IMG/VR virus record: IMGVR_UViG_3300036980_001087
Location: 32,943 to 96,942 of that record
From: a virus
Length of the DNA stretch: 64,000 nt
Strand: one strand, 5' to 3'
A program made the position numbers and the translations under genes. Under the pieces are notes generated by a model. It was given only the letters and a program-made list of their open reading frames with translations, ran no database searches and was not told where the DNA came from. Positions 10,352-20,183 of this stretch are shown here, one piece after another. Position 1 is the stretch's first letter. Each line of letters opens with the position of its first letter.

Positions 10352-11789
10352 TTTTTTTACGTTTTATTGAAAACGCCTTGATTTCCTTAATAAGTAGATC
10401 TGGTGTAAGTACTTTGGTACATGGAGGAGGGTTCCCTTTACGTACTATTGCAGCGCATTCCTTCCATGCCGCTACATCTTTAACCATCTGTCTATCATAA
10501 CAGGGCTTACATTTAAGTGGAGGATATAGGCTTCTAACTAAATTCTTGTGATGGGATACTCTAATGTCCGGATTAATGGTCGTAAACATAACTACACATG
10601 GCTTTTTAAATGCTAAGCCAATCCAGTAAATTCCCGTGTCCATTGATGCTATTTCATCACAGTTATAAACTACTGAGGCCCATTGCCTTATGTTTAATTT
10701 GCCCGTTAGGTTCTTAACATTTGGCCGCTCTAATAATTTTAATGGGGCCTGATCCATAACTATAACGTTATACCTTCCTAATCTATTTAATTTATTTAAT
10801 AATTCATCCCAGTATTCTCGTGGGTAGGACCGATTTTCACTCCCATTAGACATTAAACCTAATGCTAAATTTATTTTACTTGGGTCAATATATTGCCTAC
10901 CAAATTCTATTTCCTCTTCTGTTAATTGCATAACAGGAGTAAAATCTTCAATCTTTTTAACATCTACTCTAAGTAAATCACATATAGAGTCGATTCTACA
11001 ATTTAAATTACGGGTAATTCTGTAATCTTCTAGATTAGTGGCTAAAGTAAAATACCATAAGTAGTCTTTTATTTTTGGTAAGGCATTTAATTTTTCATGT
11101 TGCATTGAACATAATTCATGGGACGTTGAATATATTTTATTAATATAAGGATTATTTTTAAGTAGCTCTGCTCCTGCTTTTCTAACTATATAATCTATCT
11201 TCCACCCATTTTCAGCTAGATATTTTAATGGGATTGTAGTCATTAGAATGTCCCCTAATCCGCGATCTGCGCAATAAGATACTGTATCAAATAATAAAGT
11301 TTTCTGTGCTACTTCTGTAGACTCAACATGTAAAATTGGCTGTAATTCAGATAATATAGCGTCTACATTGGCTAAGGAATCAAATACAGGATCCACCCTC
11401 TTACAATTAAAATCATTTAATTTAGTAAATTTATTTGTAATTTCTAAAGTACTTTTGCCCGAATTAAAAGCTAAACAAAATTTGTGATAGTCTAAAAAAG
11501 CTGTAGGATTAAACCAGGCCCACTCAGAAACAACATACACAATTGATGGGTGTATAAGTATATTGCTAGGAAGTTCATCACAGAAATAAACTACTCCGAA
11601 ATTACGAGCTATAAGCTCTTGAATAAAAGATCTAGGAAACTTATCCCCTGCAATAATAGAACCAAAACCAAGAGCTAGTAAGGTTCCTTCTGGTTCAAAT
11701 ATAGTAGAAGAATTAGATGAGGCCAGTTGATTAGGTTGAATCTTGGAGGCGTAATGGATGGTATACTTCTCTGATATTAGCTTTAGCAT
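10344..11789 (-). CDS. Glycosyltransferase family 9 (heptosyltransferase-like) with extra N-terminal domain
   Basis: RGLGDILMT, LLKNNPYINKI, RSYP..YW, NLTGKLNI, SMDTG..WIG.A..KP.V..F, CKPCY...C...C. Confidence 0.85.
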   Translation of the reverse strand: MLKLISEKYTIHYASKIQPNQLASSNSSTIFEPEGTLLALGFGSIIAGDKFPRSFIQELIARNFGVVYFCDELPSNILIHPSIVYVVSEWAWFNPTAFLDYHKFCLAFNSGKSTLEITNKFTKLNDFNCKRVDPVFDSLANVDAILSELQPILHVESTEVAQKTLLFDTVSYCADRGLGDILMTTIPLKYLAENGWKIDYIVRKAGAELLKNNPYINKIYSTSHELCSMQHEKLNALPKIKDYLWYFTLATNLEDYRITRNLNCRIDSICDLLRVDVKKIEDFTPVMQLTEEEIEFGRQYIDPSKINLALGLMSNGSENRSYPREYWDELLNKLNRLGRYNVIVMDQAPLKLLERPNVKNLTGKLNIRQWASVVYNCDEIASMDTGIYWIGLAFKKPCVVMFTTINPDIRVSHHKNLVRSLYPPLKCKPCYDRQMVKDVAAWKECAAIVRKGNPPPCTKVLTPDLLIKEIKAFSIKRKKNG

Positions 11790-11797
11790 CTTTACCC

Positions 11798-12331
11798 TTA
11801 TACTTTAAAAAATTTATTTTTCTTTAAATTATCTTTTGCCCATAAAGGTTGTAAATTAGTATAATGGAAACACTGTTTTTGTTTATCCGGCTTACTAAGA
11901 TCAAAAGAAGCACAGGGCCTAATATGATCTATGTGCCACTTACCATAATTGCTCCAGGACATACCAGGTTTGAATTGTTTCTCTAAATGCTGTTTAAGTT
12001 GTGAAATAGTACATCCTATTAAATTTAAAGTTACTGTAGTTTTAACGTTTCTTTTTAGTGCCCACCATATTCTACTTGATAAATAATGACGTAATTTAAA
12101 ATTTAAATCTCGTTCCCTTCTTAATTTACGTTTTAGATTTATTTCTTTTTTATGTATTTTATAATAAAATTTATCGGTTTTCTTGATTTGTTCCTGGTGG
12201 GTATTACGATATAACTTGTGGTGGGATTTAATTTTCTCTTTGTTTACCTGATAATATACGGCATGCTCGAGTTTATGTTTTTGTTTATGTAATGTATTAT
12301 ATTGTTTATTATAGCTTGTTCTATTAAACAT
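11798..12331 (-). CDS. HNH / endonuclease VII-like homing endonuclease (copy 2)
   Basis: Same WHIDHIRPCASFDL...CFHYTNLQPLW domain; basic N-terminal repeats. Confidence 0.85.
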   Translation of the reverse strand: MFNRTSYNKQYNTLHKQKHKLEHAVYYQVNKEKIKSHHKLYRNTHQEQIKKTDKFYYKIHKKEINLKRKLRRERDLNFKLRHYLSSRIWWALKRNVKTTVTLNLIGCTISQLKQHLEKQFKPGMSWSNYGKWHIDHIRPCASFDLSKPDKQKQCFHYTNLQPLWAKDNLKKNKFFKV

Positions 12332-12346
12332 CCCAACCTCTACATT

Positions 12347-12388
12347 AAAATTAGGGCCGGAAAGACTTGTTAGCCCAACCGGCCCTAA
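12347..12388 (-). terminator. Intrinsic terminator after major capsid gene
   Basis: 10-bp inverted repeat TTAGGGCCGG (12351-60) / CCGGCCCTAA (12379-88) followed by TTTT on minus strand. Confidence 0.65.
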
Positions 12389-12433
12389 GTTACTTTCTTC
12401 TAATTCTCACACATTTTACAGGGTAACTAAAGT

Positions 12434-13399
12434 TTAGCTACCAGATTTTTTGATCAGCGTGAGGCCAACGGCCTTATCGCTAGCGTTCTGAAGTGACCAT
12501 ACGAAGTCAATAACTTCAGCCATGATCAACAGGGTGGAGAACTGCTCTTCGATCAATTTCCGACGGAAGATTATGCTCCCTCTCTGTCCCAGCATAGCAC
12601 CATCAACGCGAGCCAAGATGGCAACTTCGCCAGAGTTCTTAGCTTCAAGAACGGAAGATTCCACAATCTTTACACCATGAATCAGGGGTAAAGAACCGCT
12701 GCGAGTAACACCTTTTTCAGCCACATTGTACGTTCCAACCTGGGCGATCTTGTCAGATCTGCGCAGTTTGTTAGCAAATGTGTTTGATGCAAAAAGAACC
12801 AACATGCCTCTATCCTGTCCGTAAACGCCCTGGCCCTTGATGGCGTCAGAGATTTTGTCTACGAGATCATCAGAATCGCCGTAAGTTACGGGAGTCTGGG
12901 CACATTTTCCGGAATCGTTGGCGATGGTGTAGATGCCATCAAACATATCAACGTAGGATCCGGTTCCAGCTTCAACACCGATCATCATGGCTCTCTCTTC
13001 GGCTCTTGCGAGGGTCAGAGTAAGGGATCTGCGAATGTAATTCGCGAGATCAACACCAGCGGTATCGAGGTCAGAGTCTAACAACTTGGTGAACGCGACT
13101 AACAACTGAGGTTCAAGAACGACTGATTTGGTCGCAAAACCAGTTTCACTGTTTCCGGTACGAATATCAACGCCGTAGGCAACTTTATACGCATTCACAT
13201 CATCACCAAACAGAATGCGAGGAACGCTCAATGAGCGACCAGCAACATTCAGGGTCTGGCAATAAGAACGCATAATATTAGCCTCTACCAACTCTTCGAT
13301 GATCTTGCTGGATACTTCCTTAGGCAGAAAATCATTAGCCGCAGAAACATTATCCGGAATAGCACCGAGGTCTGCACCTTTTAAAATATTGAATTCCAT
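12434..13399 (-). CDS. Major capsid protein (HK97 fold)
   Basis: FLPKEVSSKIIEEL, LANYIRRSL...ARAEERAMMIG, FDGI, IHGVKIVES; follows prohead protease; biased codons. Confidence 0.9.
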   Translation of the reverse strand: MEFNILKGADLGAIPDNVSAANDFLPKEVSSKIIEELVEANIMRSYCQTLNVAGRSLSVPRILFGDDVNAYKVAYGVDIRTGNSETGFATKSVVLEPQLLVAFTKLLDSDLDTAGVDLANYIRRSLTLTLARAEERAMMIGVEAGTGSYVDMFDGIYTIANDSGKCAQTPVTYGDSDDLVDKISDAIKGQGVYGQDRGMLVLFASNTFANKLRRSDKIAQVGTYNVAEKGVTRSGSLPLIHGVKIVESSVLEAKNSGEVAILARVDGAMLGQRGSIIFRRKLIEEQFSTLLIMAEVIDFVWSLQNASDKAVGLTLIKKSGS

Positions 13400-13424
13400 T
13401 TGTATCCTCCTGTTTTTGGTTTTA

Positions 13425-14756
13425 TTATTTTCCCTGCAAAACTTTCAAAAAGCCCTGCTCGGGTGTTACTACTTCTTTAACTTCTTTCACCGGCACCACA
13501 GCATCTTTATTGACTAAGGGGGTGCTTTTCGAGGGATCAACAACTACCTCTTTTACCTTAGCCTGCAAGGCGCCTAGATCCTTCGTTATCTGATTCAGTT
13601 GTTCCGTGATAGGAGCTTGATTCGCCTTTTCGATCTTCAAACCGTCTACTTCGGCAGTGAGGGATTTAATCATAGCCTCTTTCTCTTCCAACTGTTTCTG
13701 ATAATCGGCTCTAATAGCCTTTAATTCTTCTTCTGTATAAGTTCTAACTGCTACTACCTGTTCAGTTTCGGTAACTTTCAGCGCGTCATTTATTAAGGTT
13801 TCTTTGGTAGATTCTACCTTAGATTCCTGGGTAATGACAGCTTTGCCTTCTGTGACTTCCCTTGTGGTAACTATTTCAGCAGTCTCTTTGACTGTTTCAA
13901 CTACCACATTGGCAGGCGCTGGATCAGCAGGAGCTTCCTGCTTCACGACAGGTTCAACCGCAGGGTCAATTTTTACTTCCTCGGCCTTGACTTCTTCAGA
14001 TTTAACTTCTTCAACTACTGGGGCAGTAACTATTTCTTCCACCTTTACTTCTTCTACTGCAGTCTTTTCCACAACTACCTCCTCTGCTATAAGTTCTTTA
14101 GTTTCAGTAACTTCTACATCTTTTTTAGTAGTCACTGGTTTGGGTAATTTATCATCCTTTACTTCATCTGGAATTGCGCCTAAATTCTCAATCTGCTTTT
14201 CTTTAAATGTATCCTCTTGTCCAACAACATCTTGCAATGCTTTAGTTAAAGACTTATGTGCAAACTCAGCCCTACAATTGGCAGGCAATCCTACCACAGA
14301 CACTTCAAAAAGTTCCATCGAAGAGATCACATTTACGGGAGTTGCGGGCTTGGTCTTTAAATAGGGGAACCGGTGAATCGCCTCTGTAGGAGAAACCCTT
14401 TCCCCAGCGGTAAGCCTGCCCCCAATAGAGAACTTGCTAATTATTCCTTCTTCAATCTTTTTACGTAACTCCTCTTCCCACTGAGAGATATAGATTTTAA
14501 CCCATAGTCCCTGATTATCTACTTTAGCATCATCTAAGCGGCCGATTGCGCGGTTATAATCATGATTAAAGAAGACAGTATTTCCAAATTCTAATAGGCC
14601 AATAGCTGCCTCTTTGAGGGCATCAAGGACTATAATATCACCCTGGCGATCTAAGTCTTTAGTCGCCGCATATCCCTCGATGTAAAACCCCTTGCCTTCA
14701 TGGCCGGATTTTACGATATCTAAACTAAAATAAAAATCGTTTTTTAAAAGTGTCAT
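13425..14756 (-). CDS. HK97-type prohead protease fused to scaffold-like acidic/coiled-coil region
   Basis: IEGYAAT..LDRQGD, FNHD...IG, FSIGG, LFEVSVVGLPAN; start at MTLLKND (14756) after GAGAGGG. Confidence 0.9.
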   Translation of the reverse strand: MTLLKNDFYFSLDIVKSGHEGKGFYIEGYAATKDLDRQGDIIVLDALKEAAIGLLEFGNTVFFNHDYNRAIGRLDDAKVDNQGLWVKIYISQWEEELRKKIEEGIISKFSIGGRLTAGERVSPTEAIHRFPYLKTKPATPVNVISSMELFEVSVVGLPANCRAEFAHKSLTKALQDVVGQEDTFKEKQIENLGAIPDEVKDDKLPKPVTTKKDVEVTETKELIAEEVVVEKTAVEEVKVEEIVTAPVVEEVKSEEVKAEEVKIDPAVEPVVKQEAPADPAPANVVVETVKETAEIVTTREVTEGKAVITQESKVESTKETLINDALKVTETEQVVAVRTYTEEELKAIRADYQKQLEEKEAMIKSLTAEVDGLKIEKANQAPITEQLNQITKDLGALQAKVKEVVVDPSKSTPLVNKDAVVPVKEVKEVVTPEQGFLKVLQGK

Positions 14757-14776
14757 AGTTTGTTCCCTCTCTACTA

Positions 14777-14817
14777 ATTGAAAACACCTCAAATCATGAA
14801 AGTTACAACTTTTTATT
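14777..14817 (-). promoter_or_regulatory. Candidate late promoter (AATAAAAA-N20-AGGTGTTTTCAAT)
   Basis: Same bipartite spacing as at 7203-7243, directly upstream of protease-capsid genes. Confidence 0.5.
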
Positions 14818-14825
14818 CTAATTCT

Positions 14826-15065
14826 TTAGTTTAATGCACTTCTAGCAGCCTGTCTTGCGGTGATTTCAGTCAGCTCATCAGAAGAAAATAAAGTCTGTTC
14901 TGGGTTATCAGTAACCCACTGCTGAAGTAATTTTTCAAGTAATTTTAATAATTTATAATCTGTAGCTCCTAATAGTTGATAATTTGAATCACATACATGT
15001 TCCGGATCATCACTATTAAATGTTTTACCACATTTAGTACATATGCCTTTATCTGCCATGATCAC
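14826..15065 (-). CDS. Small Zn-finger hypothetical protein
   Basis: CTKC...HVC; follows fibre genes. Confidence 0.5.
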   Translation of the reverse strand: MIMADKGICTKCGKTFNSDDPEHVCDSNYQLLGATDYKLLKLLEKLLQQWVTDNPEQTLFSSDELTEITARQAARSALN

Positions 15066-15068
15066 TCC

Positions 15069-17483
15069 TTATAGTTTCTTTTTCAATATCCATAACTCAA
15101 CGTGAGTACCCGCTCCAAAGCCACCAGTTACTGAGGATCTTATGGGAATGATAGTTATATTGTCACTAGCATTATTCCAACTATGCCCACATAAACTAAC
15201 TCCGGTAACTGTAGTGGTACCTATTCCAGCACAGCTTTCAACTAATGCTACCCTAATATTCCCACTTTTTACATACATTAAACATTTAGAATACCCAAGT
15301 TGTCCAGAATTTGTAAAAGCAGAGTCCCCTAAATATATTTTGTCTTCTATTGTAGAGCGATTAGCGGATGCTGTTGTATTAATTCCATATAGTGATTGCC
15401 TTCCATAATTGGCTCCTATATCAGTATTAAAAATAAAATAATCTTGCATAGAGGCTTGTGCAGATACAGTCCTTACAATTAATTCATAAAGCGTATCTAT
15501 ATTTCCATTAAGATCGGTTAACACTATCTGTGTTCTTGCTCCCCCATAATCAGAAAATATTGGAGGGGTAAAATTTGAGGTCCATTTAGCTAGGCCCTTG
15601 GATATTCGATATTCATTAATATATCCCGTAATACCAGTTCCATTAGAGGCCACATATAGCGCCGCACCAATGTCTCCAAAAGTATTTGAACTTATTACCG
15701 TAGTAACAGTAACGTCCGTTAATTCGATCCCATTTAAATATGCTTTTAATGAAGTGCCATTCCTAACTATTGCTATATGGTGCCAAGTATTAGTCGTTAT
15801 TCCCGTATTATTCCAAGTATAGTCAGCCCTGGCAGTACTTGAATCTACCGCATAAAATCTTAATTCCCCATTTAAATTAAACCAACTACAAATACGATTA
15901 TTAGAATCGGCGTATTGATAATAAAAATATGAACCGTTCTGCAGGGAAGTAAACCTAATCCAAGTATCTATGGTAAAATCCCCGCTTCCAAAATTCCAAT
16001 CTGCAGAATCTGAAAGAGAAAGATATTGTCCACTCCCAGAAAAAGATATGGCACTTCCACACTCAGGAAATTTATATTGTGTAGTAGATAATGTAGTTCC
16101 TGAATTTGTAATTGTCTTTCCAGTAGCATCTGCAATAGCATCCCCATGTATCATTAACTTAGTGTATGCATCAAGTGTTGGAATGTCTATTTCTTTTGTT
16201 AATTGCATAATTCCTGCATTAATATTAGTTTTAATATTTAATTTTCCAGTCTTTACTCCTACAGTAGCAGCTTCTCCGGAGAGAGTACGTTTAAAAAGTA
16301 GTAAATGAGTACCTACTCCAATTGCTCCTGGTTGACTAGTAGCTAAAACTAAAGAGGTAATATTATCTACTACGTTATTCCAACTACGACCAATAAGAAC
16401 CACTCCAGTTACTGTAGTAGTAGATATATCATATGCAAATTTTTCAATTGATGTTCTAACTAGTCCAGATTTTGCTTGTAATATAATATCTGACATACTT
16501 ATTCTATTTAATGCTGCTGCTCCACCACCTAAATAAAATTCAGCCGCAGTAGACCTTACTGCTGCTGCAGCCGTGCTTATTCCAGATATATTTTGTCCCC
16601 CATAATTAGCAGCGGTAGAGTCGTTATTTGGGCGTAAATAACAACCACATGCTCCATCATATTTATTAACTAATCTACTTACTAATCTATACTCTTCGTC
16701 CACATCTCCGTTAAGTCCAGAGAATGTATAGGAATTTGTTATATAGGCCTCAGTAGGCGGAGTAAAGTTTGAGGTCCACCTTGCTATTCCTTTACTTACT
16801 CTAAATTCATCAATCCAACCATTAAAATAAGACTCCCAATAACCAAAACGTCCAATTTGAAATAATTGAGCAAAGTTATCTAATGTACAACTATATGAAC
16901 CTGCGTCTAAAGTTAATGCTTTACTAACCCCGTCTATAAACATATACCATGTATTTCCACTTCTTACTAAAGCAATATGATACCAAGTATTAACTACAGG
17001 AGTAAATGAACAATGGCATGTAATCCTAAAGGTTCCAAGATTATTAGCCATAAATATTAATGTATGTGAGGAATTATCATATCTTAGTCCATTGTAATAA
17101 TTAGTACCAAAATCCGCCTGGGACCAAATAGTTTCGATTCCTGCCAAAGATGCAAACCTAATCCAACAATCTGTTGTAAAACTACCAGAACCGAAATCCC
17201 ATGAAGCACTATCAGGTAAAGTTACGTAGTCCGAATCCCCATCTAATAATAATGATGCACTTCCAAATTTCTTTTGGGCAGTATCTAATTGAGCAGTACC
17301 ATTAAAAGTAAATGCTCCGGCTATATGGTCTGTATAAGCAGTAGCACCATCTGCTCCATCAAAGTGGGAGCATGTTTTATCATAGGAATCCACTGCATAT
17401 TCAACTAATTTTTCTTCTACTAGTTGCCACCCATCAAAGTGTAAATTTCCTAAAGAGGATTGGTTTAATTTTCCAATATCCAT
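15069..17483 (-). CDS. Fibre/receptor-binding protein with two LamG (ConA-like) domains
   Basis: Two copies of W.FGSG.FT.D.WIRF...W.HIA.VR.G...G.I.E.R.SKG.A.WTSNFTPP. Confidence 0.8.
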   Translation of the reverse strand: MDIGKLNQSSLGNLHFDGWQLVEEKLVEYAVDSYDKTCSHFDGADGATAYTDHIAGAFTFNGTAQLDTAQKKFGSASLLLDGDSDYVTLPDSASWDFGSGSFTTDCWIRFASLAGIETIWSQADFGTNYYNGLRYDNSSHTLIFMANNLGTFRITCHCSFTPVVNTWYHIALVRSGNTWYMFIDGVSKALTLDAGSYSCTLDNFAQLFQIGRFGYWESYFNGWIDEFRVSKGIARWTSNFTPPTEAYITNSYTFSGLNGDVDEEYRLVSRLVNKYDGACGCYLRPNNDSTAANYGGQNISGISTAAAAVRSTAAEFYLGGGAAALNRISMSDIILQAKSGLVRTSIEKFAYDISTTTVTGVVLIGRSWNNVVDNITSLVLATSQPGAIGVGTHLLLFKRTLSGEAATVGVKTGKLNIKTNINAGIMQLTKEIDIPTLDAYTKLMIHGDAIADATGKTITNSGTTLSTTQYKFPECGSAISFSGSGQYLSLSDSADWNFGSGDFTIDTWIRFTSLQNGSYFYYQYADSNNRICSWFNLNGELRFYAVDSSTARADYTWNNTGITTNTWHHIAIVRNGTSLKAYLNGIELTDVTVTTVISSNTFGDIGAALYVASNGTGITGYINEYRISKGLAKWTSNFTPPIFSDYGGARTQIVLTDLNGNIDTLYELIVRTVSAQASMQDYFIFNTDIGANYGRQSLYGINTTASANRSTIEDKIYLGDSAFTNSGQLGYSKCLMYVKSGNIRVALVESCAGIGTTTVTGVSLCGHSWNNASDNITIIPIRSSVTGGFGAGTHVELWILKKKL

Positions 17484-19108
17484 TATGTTATCCTCCGGTA
17501 TAAATCTATCTGTGAACCAATTCCAATACCATTTGTTTGATCAGCTAAAATTACTAAAGAAGTAATATTATCGGCAGTATTATTCCAAGCTTGCCCCTCT
17601 ATTTTAAGCACAGAAACAGTAGTTCCGGATGTTCTATATTGCGCCTTTTGTATAACTGTACGAATATATCCAGCTTTAGCATATAAATTTAATTCTGAAA
17701 AAGATATATCCCCTAATGCTGCAGCTGCCGTTATAACAATACAATTATTTCCAGTTGTAGATCTACCTGCTCCAATAGTAGTATTGGCCCCATATAAAAT
17801 CTGTTGCCCATATGTATCTGTAGAAATATTATTTATTAATAATTTATAATTTGGGCCTCCATTATATCCATTAACTATTTTAACTCTAAGCATATATTCA
17901 ACATCAGTGTCCCCGTTTAAACAATAATTAAAAATATTCTCTGAAGTGGTTTGCGGAATAGTTGTACCTTCAATGCAGATTGCTCCGTCAATATAACCAG
18001 AAGTATCACCACTTATTACGCCAAGAAAACAATACACTTGTGTAGCAGAACTGTCAACCGTGCGTGTAACTGTAATCCATTCCCAGGTGGACCCACCTGT
18101 ATGCCAAGTGGATTCCGAAGTACCTACTCCATCTTCAATATATAATCTTACTCTCGTTGCTACTGTTGCATAAACCCAAGCGCCGAAAGTCACTGTTCTG
18201 CCCCTCCAATAGCTTATTCCCTTCTCCGCGTGAAATATATTATTTAGTTGTACGTTTGTTCCTGATCTTGTAAGTTTAGCAGAATAAGTGCCTATATTAA
18301 CTATGGTGCTTTCTTTTGCAATAATTGCACCAGCACCAGAAGTCGTCCAACCATCGGGGTCCGAAGAAGCGCCAGCTGACCAAGTCTCAAAATCAGAATT
18401 AGCTAAAAGATTACCATTAAGTCCTGAAATTATGATTGATGTGGCTGGAAGTGGAGTTATTGCAAACTGAACATTTTGAATAAAGCCATATATGGGATAA
18501 GTTCCTGCTTGATGACAATGATTAATTCCATAAAAATATCTATATTTTGTGGTGCTTAATCCAGATAAAGTTAATGTTGTTGCTACTTTATTTGTACGTT
18601 CTACATTAGTATAAAAATTACATATAGCCGTGTCTGCACCGGCTGCACGTATTACTCTTGCATAATAAGTTGTATCTGCAGAAAAAGCATAAGCCGTAGC
18701 ATCATAGGTAGCAAAATTTCCTCTTAATGCAACTGCTCTAATTCCTCCAGCTTCTTTATTAAGTCCAAATTGAATAGCTACTGAACTACCAGATACATCA
18801 TCTATAATATTGCTAAAGGCAATTCCAGAAAATCCTGCAGTAGAACAAGCAGTATCTATGCGCATTTCAAAATCTACATATATTCTATCAAAATAATCCG
18901 TGCCAAAATCTTTATATACGTAATCGTCTACGTTAGAAACATATCCAGACAAAGTAATTTTATTAGTCTCTACTGTTAATTTATTTTGAGTATTGACTAC
19001 AGTATATTCAGAAAAATTTTCTATTGGATTTAAGGTAAAGGGAATTGAATAGATTTTCTGCCAGACATTATTTAAAGAGCCTAAAGCTCTAAGGTTTCCT
19101 ATTTTCAT
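17483..19108 (-). CDS. Fibre-like protein with carbohydrate-binding (CBM4/9-like) domain
   Basis: NLLANSDFETW...PDGW...W.WITVT...YIDG; shares LNGD/DNITSL module with 15069 protein. Confidence 0.65.
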   Translation of the reverse strand: MKIGNLRALGSLNNVWQKIYSIPFTLNPIENFSEYTVVNTQNKLTVETNKITLSGYVSNVDDYVYKDFGTDYFDRIYVDFEMRIDTACSTAGFSGIAFSNIIDDVSGSSVAIQFGLNKEAGGIRAVALRGNFATYDATAYAFSADTTYYARVIRAAGADTAICNFYTNVERTNKVATTLTLSGLSTTKYRYFYGINHCHQAGTYPIYGFIQNVQFAITPLPATSIIISGLNGNLLANSDFETWSAGASSDPDGWTTSGAGAIIAKESTIVNIGTYSAKLTRSGTNVQLNNIFHAEKGISYWRGRTVTFGAWVYATVATRVRLYIEDGVGTSESTWHTGGSTWEWITVTRTVDSSATQVYCFLGVISGDTSGYIDGAICIEGTTIPQTTSENIFNYCLNGDTDVEYMLRVKIVNGYNGGPNYKLLINNISTDTYGQQILYGANTTIGAGRSTTGNNCIVITAAAALGDISFSELNLYAKAGYIRTVIQKAQYRTSGTTVSVLKIEGQAWNNTADNITSLVILADQTNGIGIGSQIDLYRRIT

Positions 19109-19111
19109 AGT

Positions 19112-19570
19112 TTACACCTGATAAATATAGCCCCAGGTTCCAGTTAAAGTACCATAAGAGGTAAGGTCTATTTCCACTGAATTAGTTGCTCCAGTTACTT
19201 CATCCGGAATGATCTGCTTATTATCATTATTAAAAATTGCAATAATAATGCAATATGGAGCGGAAAGACCTTTACTGTGGGTAATAGTAAGTTTACCTGC
19301 ACTTAAAGATGCATTGGTGAAGGTTCCTCTAGTGGCTGCTGCTCCTACCTGCTCTTCAGTTCCGGAACTATCTAATTTATAAAGTTTACTATCAGATTTA
19401 AAATAAAGTTTATTAGTTCCCGAAGATGGATTGGCTGGTGTTGAAATTTGGGTGCAGATCATTGCACCTAATACATTAATAGTTTTAAAGAATGCAGAAA
19501 GCCAGTTCTTTGCACTGGTTCCTATATTTCCTTCACCATCTGCGCGAGGTACAATATTTCTAGTGGCCAT
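19112..19570 (-). CDS. Minor virion/fibre protein
   Basis: NIVPRADGEGNIGT..K.W and TPANPSSG..KLYFKSD, ITHS.GL motifs. Confidence 0.55.
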   Translation of the reverse strand: MATRNIVPRADGEGNIGTSAKNWLSAFFKTINVLGAMICTQISTPANPSSGTNKLYFKSDSKLYKLDSSGTEEQVGAAATRGTFTNASLSAGKLTITHSKGLSAPYCIIIAIFNNDNKQIIPDEVTGATNSVEIDLTSYGTLTGTWGYIYQV

Positions 19571-19607
19571 CTTTACGCTCCTTGAATTGCATGCATAACA
19601 GAGCTAG

Positions 19608-20159
19608 TTATGCTTTTGGTTGAATATCATCATTACCATCTAACTCATATACATCATCTATAATTCCATCAGTCTGTGGCTCAATATCCCCATTTATATC
19701 AATCTCAAACAATCCAGACTGCCCTAAATCTGTCCAGGTCTCACTATCCCCACCATTACTAATTTTCCATTTTAATTCATTTGCATCATACTTAATTGTT
19801 GGACAATAAGTCTGATTAGTTCTAGCTATAAAAGACTTATCATTTAATAAACTATCCCCTAAATAAAAATTATTATCCGATGATTTTGAAATCTCGGTCC
19901 ATACAGCGCCAGTATAAATGTAAAGTTTATCTGTGTCCTCAACCCAACAAATTAGTCCCTCTACTCTGGCCTTATATTCCCAGGTACTGTCGGTATATGT
20001 TGCTATATCTAATTTATGAGACTCCCAAACTCCAGTAGCATTACTAGGAATTAGGTACCTGTCTCCCTTATTAGGGCTAGTAGGTACGTCAGTAGACGCA
20101 CTTTTAACAGGCTGTTGCCAGGAGAACTGTTCTAGAGTTGGGACTTTATATCCTGCCAT
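19608..20159 (-). CDS. DUF2793-like fibre-associated protein
   Basis: P..P.KGDRYLI...ATG.W......IA.Y....W.Y....EG...WV.D. Confidence 0.7.
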   Translation of the reverse strand: MAGYKVPTLEQFSWQQPVKSASTDVPTSPNKGDRYLIPSNATGVWESHKLDIATYTDSTWEYKARVEGLICWVEDTDKLYIYTGAVWTEISKSSDNNFYLGDSLLNDKSFIARTNQTYCPTIKYDANELKWKISNGGDSETWTDLGQSGLFEIDINGDIEPQTDGIIDDVYELDGNDDIQPKA

Positions 20160-20183
20160 TTTATTCTATTCAATTAGTCAAAG

